The notes under the pieces are model-generated. The model saw only the letters and a program-made list of their open reading frames with translations, did not search any database and was not told the origin of the DNA. A stretch of DNA of 64,000 nucleotides, taken from positions 32,001 to 96,000 of the IMG/VR virus record IMGVR_UViG_3300028048_001497; one strand, written 5' to 3'. This DNA is from a virus (taxonomy: Duplodnaviria; Caudoviricetes). Made by a program: the position numbers and the translations under genes. Position 1 is the first letter of the stretch. Every line of letters begins with the position of its first letter. This document shows, one piece after another, positions 19,317-29,094 of this stretch.

Positions 19317-20249
19317 ATGGCAAAGATTGTTTTTAATACAATGAGCGAAGCGAAAGATTATTTAGATTCAGATTTTAATGAATTTTTAAATTCACCTTAT
19401 TGCATTACAGAAGGAGGTATTCGTGATGAATTAGAAGAAAATTATCCAACATGTAGAGGTGACGATATAATGAACGAAATCGCTTATGAAGGATTAAGTA
19501 ATTTAGATGTCAATGATTATATTGATGATATTACAAATAATGACTTGTTATTAGATGAATACAAAAATTGGCTATCTGATTATAATACAGAAGATGAATT
19601 AGATGTTTCTAGCGACTGCGTTTCTGAAATGGCAGAGGAACTAACAAGCAAAACGGATATTGAAGAAAATTTTGATAAAGCATTGAATAGTTATGTATCT
19701 TATTGTGAGCGTAATTATTCAGGTTTTGGTGAAGAAGATGACGATATAACCCTAGATTTAGAGTATAATGAAGAAGATAATTCTGTTGATGATTGGTCAG
19801 ATTTGGCAAAAGTAGATGATAAAATAGGGGAACAAACAAACGTTGAATTTGGAACAAGGTTAGATTATGATACTCGCGATGGTGCGTTTGTATATATAGA
19901 TGGTGATGTAGCCTATGGCGAAGAAGGAAAAACACATGGGCAGATTTTAGCGGATTACATGGAAGAACATGGAAATGAAGATATGATACCAGAGGATTTA
20001 AAAGGTGATGATATAGCAGGAAGTAGACCATCGCAGTCACGTATGAGACGTTTGGTAGATACAGATAATGTAGCGTTTGGGCATATTGTAGATAATATGG
20101 CGTTTGTTGAAGTTTTGGCAACAGGAGCAAATGAAGATGATGTAGCCAAGGCTTGTAAGAAACAATTAAAAGTAGATAAGGTTTATTTCTTAGATAATTA
20201 CAATGATGCAGTTAAACGTTTGGCTAAATGGAAAGTTTATACGAAATAA
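19317..20249 (+). CDS. acidic protein family copy 3
   Basis: Same C-terminal domain (RDGAFVYIDG..THGQ..GSRPS..VKRLAK). Confidence 0.8.
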   Translation: MAKIVFNTMSEAKDYLDSDFNEFLNSPYCITEGGIRDELEENYPTCRGDDIMNEIAYEGLSNLDVNDYIDDITNNDLLLDEYKNWLSDYNTEDELDVSSDCVSEMAEELTSKTDIEENFDKALNSYVSYCERNYSGFGEEDDDITLDLEYNEEDNSVDDWSDLAKVDDKIGEQTNVEFGTRLDYDTRDGAFVYIDGDVAYGEEGKTHGQILADYMEEHGNEDMIPEDLKGDDIAGSRPSQSRMRRLVDTDNVAFGHIVDNMAFVEVLATGANEDDVAKACKKQLKVDKVYFLDNYNDAVKRLAKWKVYTK

Positions 20250-20304
20250 AAAAAGATAATATTTTAAGAAAAGGAATAGTAGAATATTTGTTATATCAAT
20301 AAAA

Positions 20305-20336
20305 AAAAGAGGTAAGCATGAAAACTTACCTCTTTT
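20305..20336 (+). terminator. intrinsic terminator
   Basis: aaaagaggtaag...cttacctctttt. Confidence 0.65.
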
Positions 20337-20476
20337 GTATTTCTTTTGTAGATGTTCATAAAGGTCGTGAAATAATGAATGAAGATATTTACATTATGGA
20401 TATAGATGAATTAAAGGAATTGTTAGGCGATAATTTTAATAATTGTTTAAATGATATTAATAAAGAATCTAATTAA
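20318..20476 (+). CDS. small hypothetical protein (52 aa)
   Basis: MKTYLFCISFVDVHKGREIMNEDIY...; GAGGT upstream, but the start lies inside a terminator hairpin. Confidence 0.35.
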   Translation: MKTYLFCISFVDVHKGREIMNEDIYIMDIDELKELLGDNFNNCLNDINKESN

Positions 20477-20532
20477 AGTGTATTATTATGATTATAGTGA
20501 TAAACAAGTAACGCGACTTGCTAAATTAAAAA

Positions 20533-21732
20533 GTGTATGAAAGGAAAGATTTAATGAAACGTTTAGGAACTGATAAAATGACAGTTGTATATTCACAAGA
20601 GCCTTTTCCAAAAGATGAAATGAAATCTATATTTTTAGCTGGGCCAGTACCTAGAAAAGAATATGAATTATCATGGAAAAATGAAGCATTAAAAATTTTG
20701 GATTCAATGGGATATAATGGTGTTGTATATATTCCTGAAAATAGAAATCCTGAACAAAAAGAAGGAAGCTTTGATTTGCAAGCGCAATTGGATTGGGAAT
20801 ATACTTGTATGTGTGCTTGCGATGCTATTGTATTTTGGATTCCTAGAGAAATGCGTTCGGATTTTGAAATGATTGGATTAACAACAAATGTAGAATTTGG
20901 TCGTTTTCTTAATTCAAATAAACTGTTTTGTGGTTGCCCTGATGAAGCACCAAGAATGGAATATTTGAAATTAATTTCAAGAGATAAGTATGAGTGGCAT
21001 AATACACTTGAAGATACTTTGAAATCTGTGGTACAATATTTAGGTAGAGGAATATATCGAGAAGATGAAGAAATAAAAATTCCTTTGCATATATACAAAT
21101 CAAAACAATTTCAGAATTGGTATAAACAACAATTAAATGTAGGAAATTATTTAACTGGTTTTAATATGGAATATGAATTTGTTATGCCAAAAGCAAAACA
21201 AATGTTTTTAGAGATTTTTCATCCATCGGTTTATATAGCAAAAGAAGATAGAGTAAAAGATAATGAATTTGTAGTGGCAAGAACAGATATGAGTTATATT
21301 CTTGCCTATTATAAAAAAGATGATATAATGGATTCAGAAGTTGTTTTATGCGAAGAATTTCGTAGCCCAATAAATAATAATGAAGAAATGGTTTTTGAAT
21401 TGCCTGGTGGTAGTTCTCTTAATCCAAACGATGATGTTCTTTCGACTGCTTCTAAAGAATTAGAAGAAGAAACAGGGTTAAAATTAGATAAAAATCGTTT
21501 TAAACAGGTAGCATTGAAACAAAGCGCTGCTACATTGTGTTCTCATAAGATAGCTTTGTTTAAGGTAGAATTAACAGAAGAAGAAATCAATTCGCTTAAA
21601 AAAGATAATAGTATTCATGGCGTAATCGAAGATACAGAACAAATTCATTTACATGTAATGAAGGTATCTGAAGCATTGAATATGGTAGATTGGACAAATA
21701 CAGGTATGATATTAAATGGAATAAAGGAATGA
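20533..21732 (+). CDS. nucleoside 2-deoxyribosyltransferase-like domain fused to NUDIX hydrolase
   Basis: IFLAGP..DWE..DAIVFWIPR..GLTTNVEFG; NUDIX box ELPGG...ASKELEEETGL. Confidence 0.85.
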   Translation: MYERKDLMKRLGTDKMTVVYSQEPFPKDEMKSIFLAGPVPRKEYELSWKNEALKILDSMGYNGVVYIPENRNPEQKEGSFDLQAQLDWEYTCMCACDAIVFWIPREMRSDFEMIGLTTNVEFGRFLNSNKLFCGCPDEAPRMEYLKLISRDKYEWHNTLEDTLKSVVQYLGRGIYREDEEIKIPLHIYKSKQFQNWYKQQLNVGNYLTGFNMEYEFVMPKAKQMFLEIFHPSVYIAKEDRVKDNEFVVARTDMSYILAYYKKDDIMDSEVVLCEEFRSPINNNEEMVFELPGGSSLNPNDDVLSTASKELEEETGLKLDKNRFKQVALKQSAATLCSHKIALFKVELTEEEINSLKKDNSIHGVIEDTEQIHLHVMKVSEALNMVDWTNTGMILNGIKE

Positions 21733-21736
21733 AATT

Positions 21737-22846
21737 ATGTTAAAACATTTAAATTTTCATATTAATCAGATTTATTTAATGATGGGGTATCAATGTAATT
21801 TAAAATGTAAATATTGTATTGAACACGATGTAGTAAATCATGCGATGCCAAAGGAAATTAATCCGCAGATTATTGATTGGATGATAGATATTGCTCAAAA
21901 TATAGGTGGTTTTAATGTATTATTTTGGGGTGGTGAACCACTTGTATATTTTGATACTATGAAAAAAGTAGTTGAAATGATAAAAGAAAAAGACAAAGAT
22001 GGTTTGATTACTTTTTCTATGGTAACGAATGGCAAATTGATTAATGATAAAACAATTCCGTGGATAAAAGAAAATTTAAAAGGATTTGGTTTGTCATGGG
22101 ATGGAAGAAATTCTGAAATCACACGTGGATATGATGTAATGAAATCCAATAAAGAAAATATATTTAAATTAGATGATTGGGGTTTTGATGGAGTTTTTTC
22201 TTCCTATACTTATCCGAAAGATTATTTGGATGATTGTTGGGAAATAGAAAAAGAATATGGAAAACCGATTAATATTCATGTGGAAAATTTAATGCAGTAT
22301 GATACACTACCAAATCCTAAGTTAAAAGAGTTTGATGAAGGTAAGTTCTTTCAACAAATGAGAGATATGTGTGATGAGTACGCATATTGTTTTAGGAATC
22401 ATGCTACAATTAGTAATCCAAAATATGCTGAATGGATAAAAACAGAAATATCTTATGTTAGTGTGGATAACAAAAAACCAATGCGTTTGTTCTGCGGTAA
22501 TGGTGGAGAAAATGTAAATTTGGATTTACAAGGTAATTTGTATTGTTGTCACGGTGATACAGAATCAATGGGGACAATTAATGATAATTACTTTGATGTA
22601 TTAAAAAACATTAATGACCATGATAAGACAGTTCAACATGGTATAGATGGATGTAATGAATGTCCTGTACAACCATTGTGTAAAAATGCTTGCCCAAAGA
22701 TGCCACAAAGTTCACGTGATGAATTTTATTGTAGAATGGCTACATTGAGATATTATCCAATTATGGAATTAATGAATGAAATAAATGAGATTAAAAACGC
22801 AGAAATGCAAAAAGACTTTGAATTTATGAAAAACGCAAATATTTAA
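21737..22846 (+). CDS. radical SAM/SPASM enzyme (cassette 1, A)
   Basis: CNLKCKYC, WGGEP, TNG; SPASM CGNG..YCCH..CNECPVQPLCKNACP..YC. Confidence 0.92.
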   Translation: MLKHLNFHINQIYLMMGYQCNLKCKYCIEHDVVNHAMPKEINPQIIDWMIDIAQNIGGFNVLFWGGEPLVYFDTMKKVVEMIKEKDKDGLITFSMVTNGKLINDKTIPWIKENLKGFGLSWDGRNSEITRGYDVMKSNKENIFKLDDWGFDGVFSSYTYPKDYLDDCWEIEKEYGKPINIHVENLMQYDTLPNPKLKEFDEGKFFQQMRDMCDEYAYCFRNHATISNPKYAEWIKTEISYVSVDNKKPMRLFCGNGGENVNLDLQGNLYCCHGDTESMGTINDNYFDVLKNINDHDKTVQHGIDGCNECPVQPLCKNACPKMPQSSRDEFYCRMATLRYYPIMELMNEINEIKNAEMQKDFEFMKNANI

Positions 22847-22860
22847 AGGGGATAAATAAT

Positions 22861-23439
22861 ATGCTAAAAAAGGTTGCAGAAGAATTGAAACAGATTGATA
22901 CAGTAGAGCAATTAAAAAAAGTTTTATCTGATAATGATTGGACTACGGATGAATTAATGGATTATATTGATGACACATGGAAAGCTGATAGTGCGCTTAA
23001 AGATTGGTTTATGACTTTTAAAGGTTTGGACGATTTTTGTGATGAAGCGACAGTTAAAGGTTATATCAATTTTTTGCTCTCTGATAGTGAAAATTATGGA
23101 TATGTAAAAGATGCCATCGAACAGGTTGGATTACCACAAGTTCTTACAACAGGTGATGATATTAATGTATCTGATGAAGTGGCTAAATATTTGATTGGTT
23201 GTATTGATAATGGTAAGTGTTATGATTATCTATCAGATGATATAGATTTTTATGTAGAAAAAACATCAAAAATTATGGATGATATGTATCAGTATGTTAG
23301 TGAATATGATGCGCAAATAGATGATGGTTCTACAAAATATACAAATGAAGAATGGGATAATAAAGTAAATGAAGATTATCAAGATACAATTTGTTCAAGT
23401 GATACAATGATGGGAGTCGCAAAAGAATTGTTTGGTTAA
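22861..23439 (+). CDS. acidic hypothetical protein
   Basis: D/E-rich ORF starting MLKKVA; own RBS and a downstream terminator. Confidence 0.7.
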   Translation: MLKKVAEELKQIDTVEQLKKVLSDNDWTTDELMDYIDDTWKADSALKDWFMTFKGLDDFCDEATVKGYINFLLSDSENYGYVKDAIEQVGLPQVLTTGDDINVSDEVAKYLIGCIDNGKCYDYLSDDIDFYVEKTSKIMDDMYQYVSEYDAQIDDGSTKYTNEEWDNKVNEDYQDTICSSDTMMGVAKELFG

Positions 23440-23446
23440 TATAGAG

Positions 23447-23478
23447 AAAAAGAGAAGTTGAAAGTGCTTCTCTTTTTT
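23447..23478 (+). terminator. intrinsic terminator
   Basis: aaaagagaag...cttctctttt plus T run. Confidence 0.65.
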
Positions 23479-23518
23479 GATATAATATGAATATATAGCA
23501 TTTTGAAAGGATAAAAAT

Positions 23519-24610
23519 ATGCGTAATTATTTAAAAACAGATATATCTACAATTTTTATTATGTTGGGACATGAATGTAATATGAATTGTAAATATTGTT
23601 TGCAACATGATGTTGTAAACGTGGCTTTAGGAAAAGAAATTAATCCTGATATATATAATTTTATTAATGATATTGCAAGAAATCAAAATACAGATTTAGG
23701 ATTACAATTTTATGGTGGCGAACCATTAGTGTTTTTTGAAAAGATAAAAAAATTTATTGATGGTTTAAAATCACGTAATATGTCTAACAACGTATACTTT
23801 ACTATGATTACAAATGGAAAATTGTTAAATGAAGAAAAAGTAAAGTATTTAAATGACAATTTTTCTCATGTAACAATTAGTTGGGATGGAAGAAATTCTA
23901 AAATTACACGTGGGTATGATGTTATTAAAGAAAATAAAGAAAATGTTTTCAAATTAAAGAATTTTTCTTTTTCAGGTGTATTATCTTCTTATAATTATAT
24001 AAAGGATTATTTGGAAGATTGTGAAGAAGTAAATCGAGATTATGTAGAGAATTATCATGGTCATACATTGTATTTTAATGTTGATGAACTATTAGATGTT
24101 AATCTGCAAAATCAGGATTTGAAAAATTTCGATTATAGCAAAGTACAAGAACAAATGGTATCATTATGTGAAGAATATCGGTTATATTTTCAAGAGAATG
24201 AACAAATATCTGTAATAAGAAAAAAGTTTATTGAAGAAAAAATTGGATATTTAAGAAATGCTATCAAAACAAAATCATTTGCACCAACTAGAGATAGATG
24301 TGGTAATGGCTGCGAAGTATTAAATATGGATTTACAAGGGAATTTATATAAATGTCATAATACAGATACAAAAGTTGGATGTATTATAGATAATTATTTT
24401 GATATATTAAAAAATGTATTTGCTTTGGATATGGCAGAAAAAAATTCTAGTAAATGTGATGATTGTATTGTACAAATTATGTGTAGAAATGGTTGTCCTT
24501 TGGTTAAAGATAAAGCTAGAGAAGAATACTATTGCAAAATGGCTATGAGTATGAACTATCCGATAATGCAGTTAATTAAAATCTTGGGTGGTGTTGTAGT
24601 AAATGAGTGA
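23519..24610 (+). CDS. radical SAM/SPASM enzyme (cassette 1, B; close paralogue of A)
   Basis: CNMNCKYC, YGGEP; shares SWDGRNS.ITRGYDV with A; CGNG..YKCH..CDDCIVQIMCRNGCP..YC. Confidence 0.92.
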   Translation: MRNYLKTDISTIFIMLGHECNMNCKYCLQHDVVNVALGKEINPDIYNFINDIARNQNTDLGLQFYGGEPLVFFEKIKKFIDGLKSRNMSNNVYFTMITNGKLLNEEKVKYLNDNFSHVTISWDGRNSKITRGYDVIKENKENVFKLKNFSFSGVLSSYNYIKDYLEDCEEVNRDYVENYHGHTLYFNVDELLDVNLQNQDLKNFDYSKVQEQMVSLCEEYRLYFQENEQISVIRKKFIEEKIGYLRNAIKTKSFAPTRDRCGNGCEVLNMDLQGNLYKCHNTDTKVGCIIDNYFDILKNVFALDMAEKNSSKCDDCIVQIMCRNGCPLVKDKAREEYYCKMAMSMNYPIMQLIKILGGVVVNE

Positions 24611-25496
24611 AAAAGATGTAAAGTTTAGATGTGAAATAACAAATAAACCAAATGGCATTATTACTCCAACAAAATTTAGAGATATAAGAACAGAAAAACC
24701 TGAAAATAAAACTATGAAACGCCAAGATTTGCTAGATATAGCAAATGCTTTGGCTAAATTAGAGAATTACAAAACCCATGTTAGTAATTGTAATTGTACT
24801 CCAATTATTGATTGTCAAACGATTAGATGTCAACAGTTGTTTAAAGGTGCATATGACGAAGAAAGATTAAGTCATGACTTATTAAGTTATGCTCGTTGGA
24901 ATGGTGATAATTCTTTTCCTTATCCGAGAGGCCCAGTACAAAAATATTTGCCAAATGGTAAAAAAAATCCAGAACATAGGTTGAATACAGAAAATGGTAA
25001 ATATAATGATTTTGAATATAAAGTAAACATAGAATTGTGTAGGAAAAATGGTGCAAATTGGGTATACCCAGAAAATCCGTTTACAAAAGAAGTAACGTAT
25101 GGTGTAACGGCTTATGTAAAACAATATATTAAAGATAGAGATTATAAATATGATACGACACCAAAACCGTGGAAACCGTGTCAAAAGATAAAGTCAATTA
25201 GTGATATTTTAAGTTGTGAGAAAATATCTTGTGAATTAACAACATGTCAATTGGTTTTATGTCAAAACAGTAATGCTTGTCAAACATGTCAATCGGTTAA
25301 AGCATGTCAAATATGTCAAACATGTGAAGCACAATGCGTATGTCAATCTTGTCAGTTATGTCAAGAACAAGATATGTATAATAACTGTTGCCAAAAAATA
25401 TCTTGTCAATCACAATGCACTTGTCAGTCTTGTCAATCTTGTGAAAATATTTCTTGTCAAGCATATGTAGATGATGGTAAAGACCTTACGAATTAA
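24603..25496 (+). CDS. Cys/Gln-rich repeat protein, candidate radical SAM substrate
   Basis: Overlaps the rSAM stop; NCNC patch; C-terminal block with 22 Cys, mostly followed by Q/E. Confidence 0.75.
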   Translation: MSEKDVKFRCEITNKPNGIITPTKFRDIRTEKPENKTMKRQDLLDIANALAKLENYKTHVSNCNCTPIIDCQTIRCQQLFKGAYDEERLSHDLLSYARWNGDNSFPYPRGPVQKYLPNGKKNPEHRLNTENGKYNDFEYKVNIELCRKNGANWVYPENPFTKEVTYGVTAYVKQYIKDRDYKYDTTPKPWKPCQKIKSISDILSCEKISCELTTCQLVLCQNSNACQTCQSVKACQICQTCEAQCVCQSCQLCQEQDMYNNCCQKISCQSQCTCQSCQSCENISCQAYVDDGKDLTN

Positions 25497-25554
25497 ATAA
25501 TGAGATAAATGTAAGTCATAGACAATATTTTATCGTTGTAGAGGTGACTTACAC

Positions 25555-25869
25555 ATGGAACAACAAGAACAATCAAAAGTATCAAGATTTTTTCATAATG
25601 TAATGTCTGTTGATGAAACCAGAGTTTCTGTTTTAATGATAGGCTTTATGGTTTCATTAATTTTTGGTGGATATATGTACTTAACTACAGGTGCTTTAAG
25701 TCAAGTTTGGGCAGATATTGTTGAAACATTGATTTTTGCAGTAGCAGGTATTAATGCAGTTAATAGTTTAGTTGGTGGTAATAACAAATTAGGTCAGATG
25801 TTAAGAAGTTCTCAAAATTCTGTTCCGCCAGTTCCACCTGCAATTCCTCCAAGAGAAGAAAAGAAATAA
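25555..25869 (+). CDS. two-TM membrane protein (holin-like)
   Basis: Two hydrophobic segments and a Pro-rich, charged C-terminus; GAGGTG RBS. Confidence 0.5.
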   Translation: MEQQEQSKVSRFFHNVMSVDETRVSVLMIGFMVSLIFGGYMYLTTGALSQVWADIVETLIFAVAGINAVNSLVGGNNKLGQMLRSSQNSVPPVPPAIPPREEKK

Positions 25870-25880
25870 GATTAAATTTG

Positions 25881-25910
25881 AGGGAATTTTAAATAAATTC
25901 CCTTTTTATT
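25881..25910 (+). terminator. intrinsic terminator
   Basis: agggaattt...aaattccct plus T run. Confidence 0.65.
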
Positions 25911-25935
25911 TTTTTTTGTAGAAGAAGGTTTTTTA

Positions 25936-26736
25936 ATGAATACGAAATGTCCTTATTTAGAAATTCAATGTGAAAATTTAAAGTGTGATTGTGTTAAATA
26001 TAAAGCATATGTAGATGCTAAAAATTCTGAAATCTTTCAAAAAGTTATGGAAGAAAATGGTTTTGATACATCACTTCCTGATTTTGATTTAATGATGTCT
26101 ATGCAAAAATCATTTGCTAGTCGCATGAGAAAAATGGAAGGATTAACAAAAAGAGAAATAGATAAATGGATAGACCAATATTTAGTTTGTATTGAGGACG
26201 AAATTAGAGAAGTCAGGGAACATTTAGATTTGTACGGTGGAGAACCAAAGTATAAATCAGATGTGGATAAAAACTTAGAGTTAAAAAAAGAAGTTATAGA
26301 TATACTTCATTTTATGATGGAACTGTTTATTGTTGGAGACGCAGATAAAGATATAATTAAGAAAAACTATTGTGACGAATATCATATTGGTTGGATTAAA
26401 AACGATAAAGATTTGATTGCAGAAGCATATGATAGACAAATTATTACACTACCTAAATATTTGAATACATATGAAGATTCTAGAAAGGATATTACAGTAT
26501 TAAAAGCAAGTTGTCGTTTATCTGATGCTTGTGCACTAGTAAGACAACAAATTTCATGGAAACATTGGAAAAAACCGAGCGATGTACTTGATTACGATAA
26601 GTTATATCATGCTTATGCAGTTGTTTTTCATGAATTTATAAATCTTTGTATTCTTACAATGGATGAAAAAGAAATTAAGGATATTTATGTAAATAAGAAC
26701 GTTGAAAATATTCTTCGTCAGAAGTATGGATATTGA
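25936..26736 (+). CDS. all-alpha (dimeric-type) dUTPase/dCTPase, MazG-like fold
   Basis: EDEIRE, KEVIDILHF, WKHWKK, YVNKNVENILRQKYGY. Confidence 0.82.
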   Translation: MNTKCPYLEIQCENLKCDCVKYKAYVDAKNSEIFQKVMEENGFDTSLPDFDLMMSMQKSFASRMRKMEGLTKREIDKWIDQYLVCIEDEIREVREHLDLYGGEPKYKSDVDKNLELKKEVIDILHFMMELFIVGDADKDIIKKNYCDEYHIGWIKNDKDLIAEAYDRQIITLPKYLNTYEDSRKDITVLKASCRLSDACALVRQQISWKHWKKPSDVLDYDKLYHAYAVVFHEFINLCILTMDEKEIKDIYVNKNVENILRQKYGY

Positions 26737-26751
26737 TTTTTAAAAATGTTG

Positions 26752-26780
26752 TTGACAAAAAAATGAAAGTGTGATAGCAT
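26752..26780 (+). promoter_or_regulatory. sigmaA-type promoter
   Basis: TTGACA, 17 nt with extended -10 TG, then TAGCAT. Confidence 0.65.
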
Positions 26781-26829
26781 ATAAGTAAGATTTAGAGAGA
26801 GACAAACAAAACGAAAGAGGTAATATATA

Positions 26830-28563
26830 ATGTCAGGTGCATACAAGATGTTGCAAGGCGGATTAGTTTCTAATTACTTCCCATATAACTCAAAGAGAGC
26901 GGAACAGAAGGATATTTTATCTTCGTTGGATAAAATCTATTCATATGGAAATAAGTACCGTTATATCGTCATAGAAGCCGGTACAGGCATTGGTAAATCG
27001 GCTATTGCTAAATCTATTTCAGGCAAAGAAGGTAATTGCTATCTTTTGACTGCAACGAAACAATTGCAAGACCAGTATATTACTGATTTTGGCGATATGG
27101 GTGCAAAAGCAGTAAAAGGTGCAGTCAATTATGAGTGTTCTCGTGATGAAGGTATGCCATGCTCGAATGGTGAGTGCAAATTCACAAAGGGTATTTATAA
27201 TGAGTGTACATTGTCAGGTCAATGCCCATATTATAATGCAAAGAAAGAAGCAGAATCGTCAGAAATGTATGTGACTTCTTATGCTTATTTTCTTCGTGTG
27301 TCTCGTAAATTTTTGCCTGGTGGTGATTATCGAGCAAAATTCTCTAAACGTAATGCAATTATTGTAGATGAATGTCATATGTTAGAGGACCAGCTTCTTA
27401 ATTGTGCAGGTTTTACTCTTTCTGCAAAAAAGATGAATGAACGTTACATGATGAATCATGGGTTGGATTTCAAAGAGCTTTGTCTTTATAATCGTAGATT
27501 GAATGATGGTGAAGAAGAAAAGAATTTGGAATGGGTTCATTTGGTTGATAGTATTATCATGCGTAAAATTATGACGATTGATAAGCAGATTCAATGCGTA
27601 AAAACAGGCAATCGTAGTTTGATGACTGCGGATGAATTGAGTGAGCTTGAAGATGTGGATTTGATGAAATTATCAAATCGGAAAGAAGAACTTGTTCGTC
27701 TGCATGAAAAAATTCAAGGATATTTCCTTTCTGAAAATAAAGATAATTGGATTATGTCTGTGAAAGATAATGTTTTGTCTTTAAAACCAATTGATATAGA
27801 TGGTTTGTTTAAAAAATTGATTGATGGATGGTCTAATAGAAAAGTTGTATTTATGTCTGCAACAATTCTAGATAAGGTTGGTTTTTGTAAAGATATGGGG
27901 ATTAAACCAGATGAAACGTGTTTTATTACACGTGATGGCACGTTTGACCCTGAAAAATCTCCTATTGTGTATGACCCTATTGGTTCTATGAGTTATAAAA
28001 ACCTTCCTGCTACTATGCCATATATTATCGAAGAAATTAAAAAAATTATGGCTATGCATCCGAATGAGAAAGGTATTATTCATACTTCTACGTACAATAT
28101 TGCCAAACAGATTACAGAAGCTATTCATAGTGATAGATTTGTAGTGCGTACTGTTGGAGAATCGAATGAATCCTTGTTTAAATATCATGCAACGTCAGAA
28201 AAACCAACTATTTTAGTTAGTCCTTCGTTAATGGCAGGTGTTGATTTACATGATGATTTGAGCAGATTTCAGATTATTGTTAAATTGCCATATATTTCTC
28301 TTGCAGATGAACGTGTAAAACGTAAAATGCAGAAAGATAAGAAATGGTATATATGCAAAATGCTTAGAAATTTGGTTCAGGAGTGCGGTCGTAGCACTAG
28401 AAATGAAGCAGATTGGTCTGTTACGTATATTTTGGATAATGCATTTGAAACGGTTATGAGATATAATCAAAAAATGTTACCACAATCATTCAAAAAGCGC
28501 ATTGTTAATGTAAATGATTTTGATGTAGAAGAATATGAAAGCAGGATGAAGAATGCTAGATAA
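26830..28563 (+). CDS. DinG/XPD-like SF2 helicase (Fe-S type)
   Basis: EAGTGIGKS, Cys cluster (C..C...C..C...CPY), DECH, MSAT, GVDL, KLPY, QECGRSTR. Confidence 0.9.
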   Translation: MSGAYKMLQGGLVSNYFPYNSKRAEQKDILSSLDKIYSYGNKYRYIVIEAGTGIGKSAIAKSISGKEGNCYLLTATKQLQDQYITDFGDMGAKAVKGAVNYECSRDEGMPCSNGECKFTKGIYNECTLSGQCPYYNAKKEAESSEMYVTSYAYFLRVSRKFLPGGDYRAKFSKRNAIIVDECHMLEDQLLNCAGFTLSAKKMNERYMMNHGLDFKELCLYNRRLNDGEEEKNLEWVHLVDSIIMRKIMTIDKQIQCVKTGNRSLMTADELSELEDVDLMKLSNRKEELVRLHEKIQGYFLSENKDNWIMSVKDNVLSLKPIDIDGLFKKLIDGWSNRKVVFMSATILDKVGFCKDMGIKPDETCFITRDGTFDPEKSPIVYDPIGSMSYKNLPATMPYIIEEIKKIMAMHPNEKGIIHTSTYNIAKQITEAIHSDRFVVRTVGESNESLFKYHATSEKPTILVSPSLMAGVDLHDDLSRFQIIVKLPYISLADERVKRKMQKDKKWYICKMLRNLVQECGRSTRNEADWSVTYILDNAFETVMRYNQKMLPQSFKKRIVNVNDFDVEEYESRMKNAR

Positions 28564-28813
28564 AATATTCTTTTGTTCAATTAATCAGATAGATGGTAAA
28601 ATGAATATATCAATAAAAGAATTTGATTATTTAAATGGTGTAAATCCGAATCATGAATTAAATGTTTCTTTAAAGGGAGATAACATTTCATGGGAGAAAA
28701 AACAAATTGAACATTATTTTGAATATGAATTAAATAAACCAAAAATTTTCTGTAATAATTATGATGAATTGAACAAATTATATCGTAATTATGAACGAGT
28801 GTATTTTGATTAA
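28553..28813 (+). CDS. hypothetical protein
   Basis: Overlaps the helicase stop; the same frame stays open for 51 more codons after the TAA. Confidence 0.5.
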   Translation: MLDKIFFCSINQIDGKMNISIKEFDYLNGVNPNHELNVSLKGDNISWEKKQIEHYFEYELNKPKIFCNNYDELNKLYRNYERVYFD

Positions 28814-29070
28814 AAATGGATAAACACGGTTGCAATGGAAGGTACTATTGTTTTCCTAAGTAAAGACATGGAGGAAATTGAAAATACTCCTAGTGAGAAT
28901 CTGGAAGTTCTTTCTGTTAAGAATTCTTCAGAATTTCATGTATCTGAAATTATTGTCAATGCTTTTTAATTGTTTTTTGAAAGGAGTTTAATTAATTTAT
29001 GGAACAAACAATTAAAAAGAAATATAAAGATTTATTTCAGCATAAAGAATATCAAATCTATTTTCTAACA

Positions 29071-29094
29071 AAAGCCACCTTCTGGTGGTTTTTC
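29071..29094 (+). terminator. intrinsic terminator
   Basis: aaaagccacc-ttct-ggtggttttt. Confidence 0.7.

Noticed and set aside
25179-25460. TGTCAA-rich repeats as a CRISPR array or DNA-level repeat
   Set aside because: Spacing is irregular, there are no 25-45 nt direct repeats, and Cys-Gln codons fully explain it.
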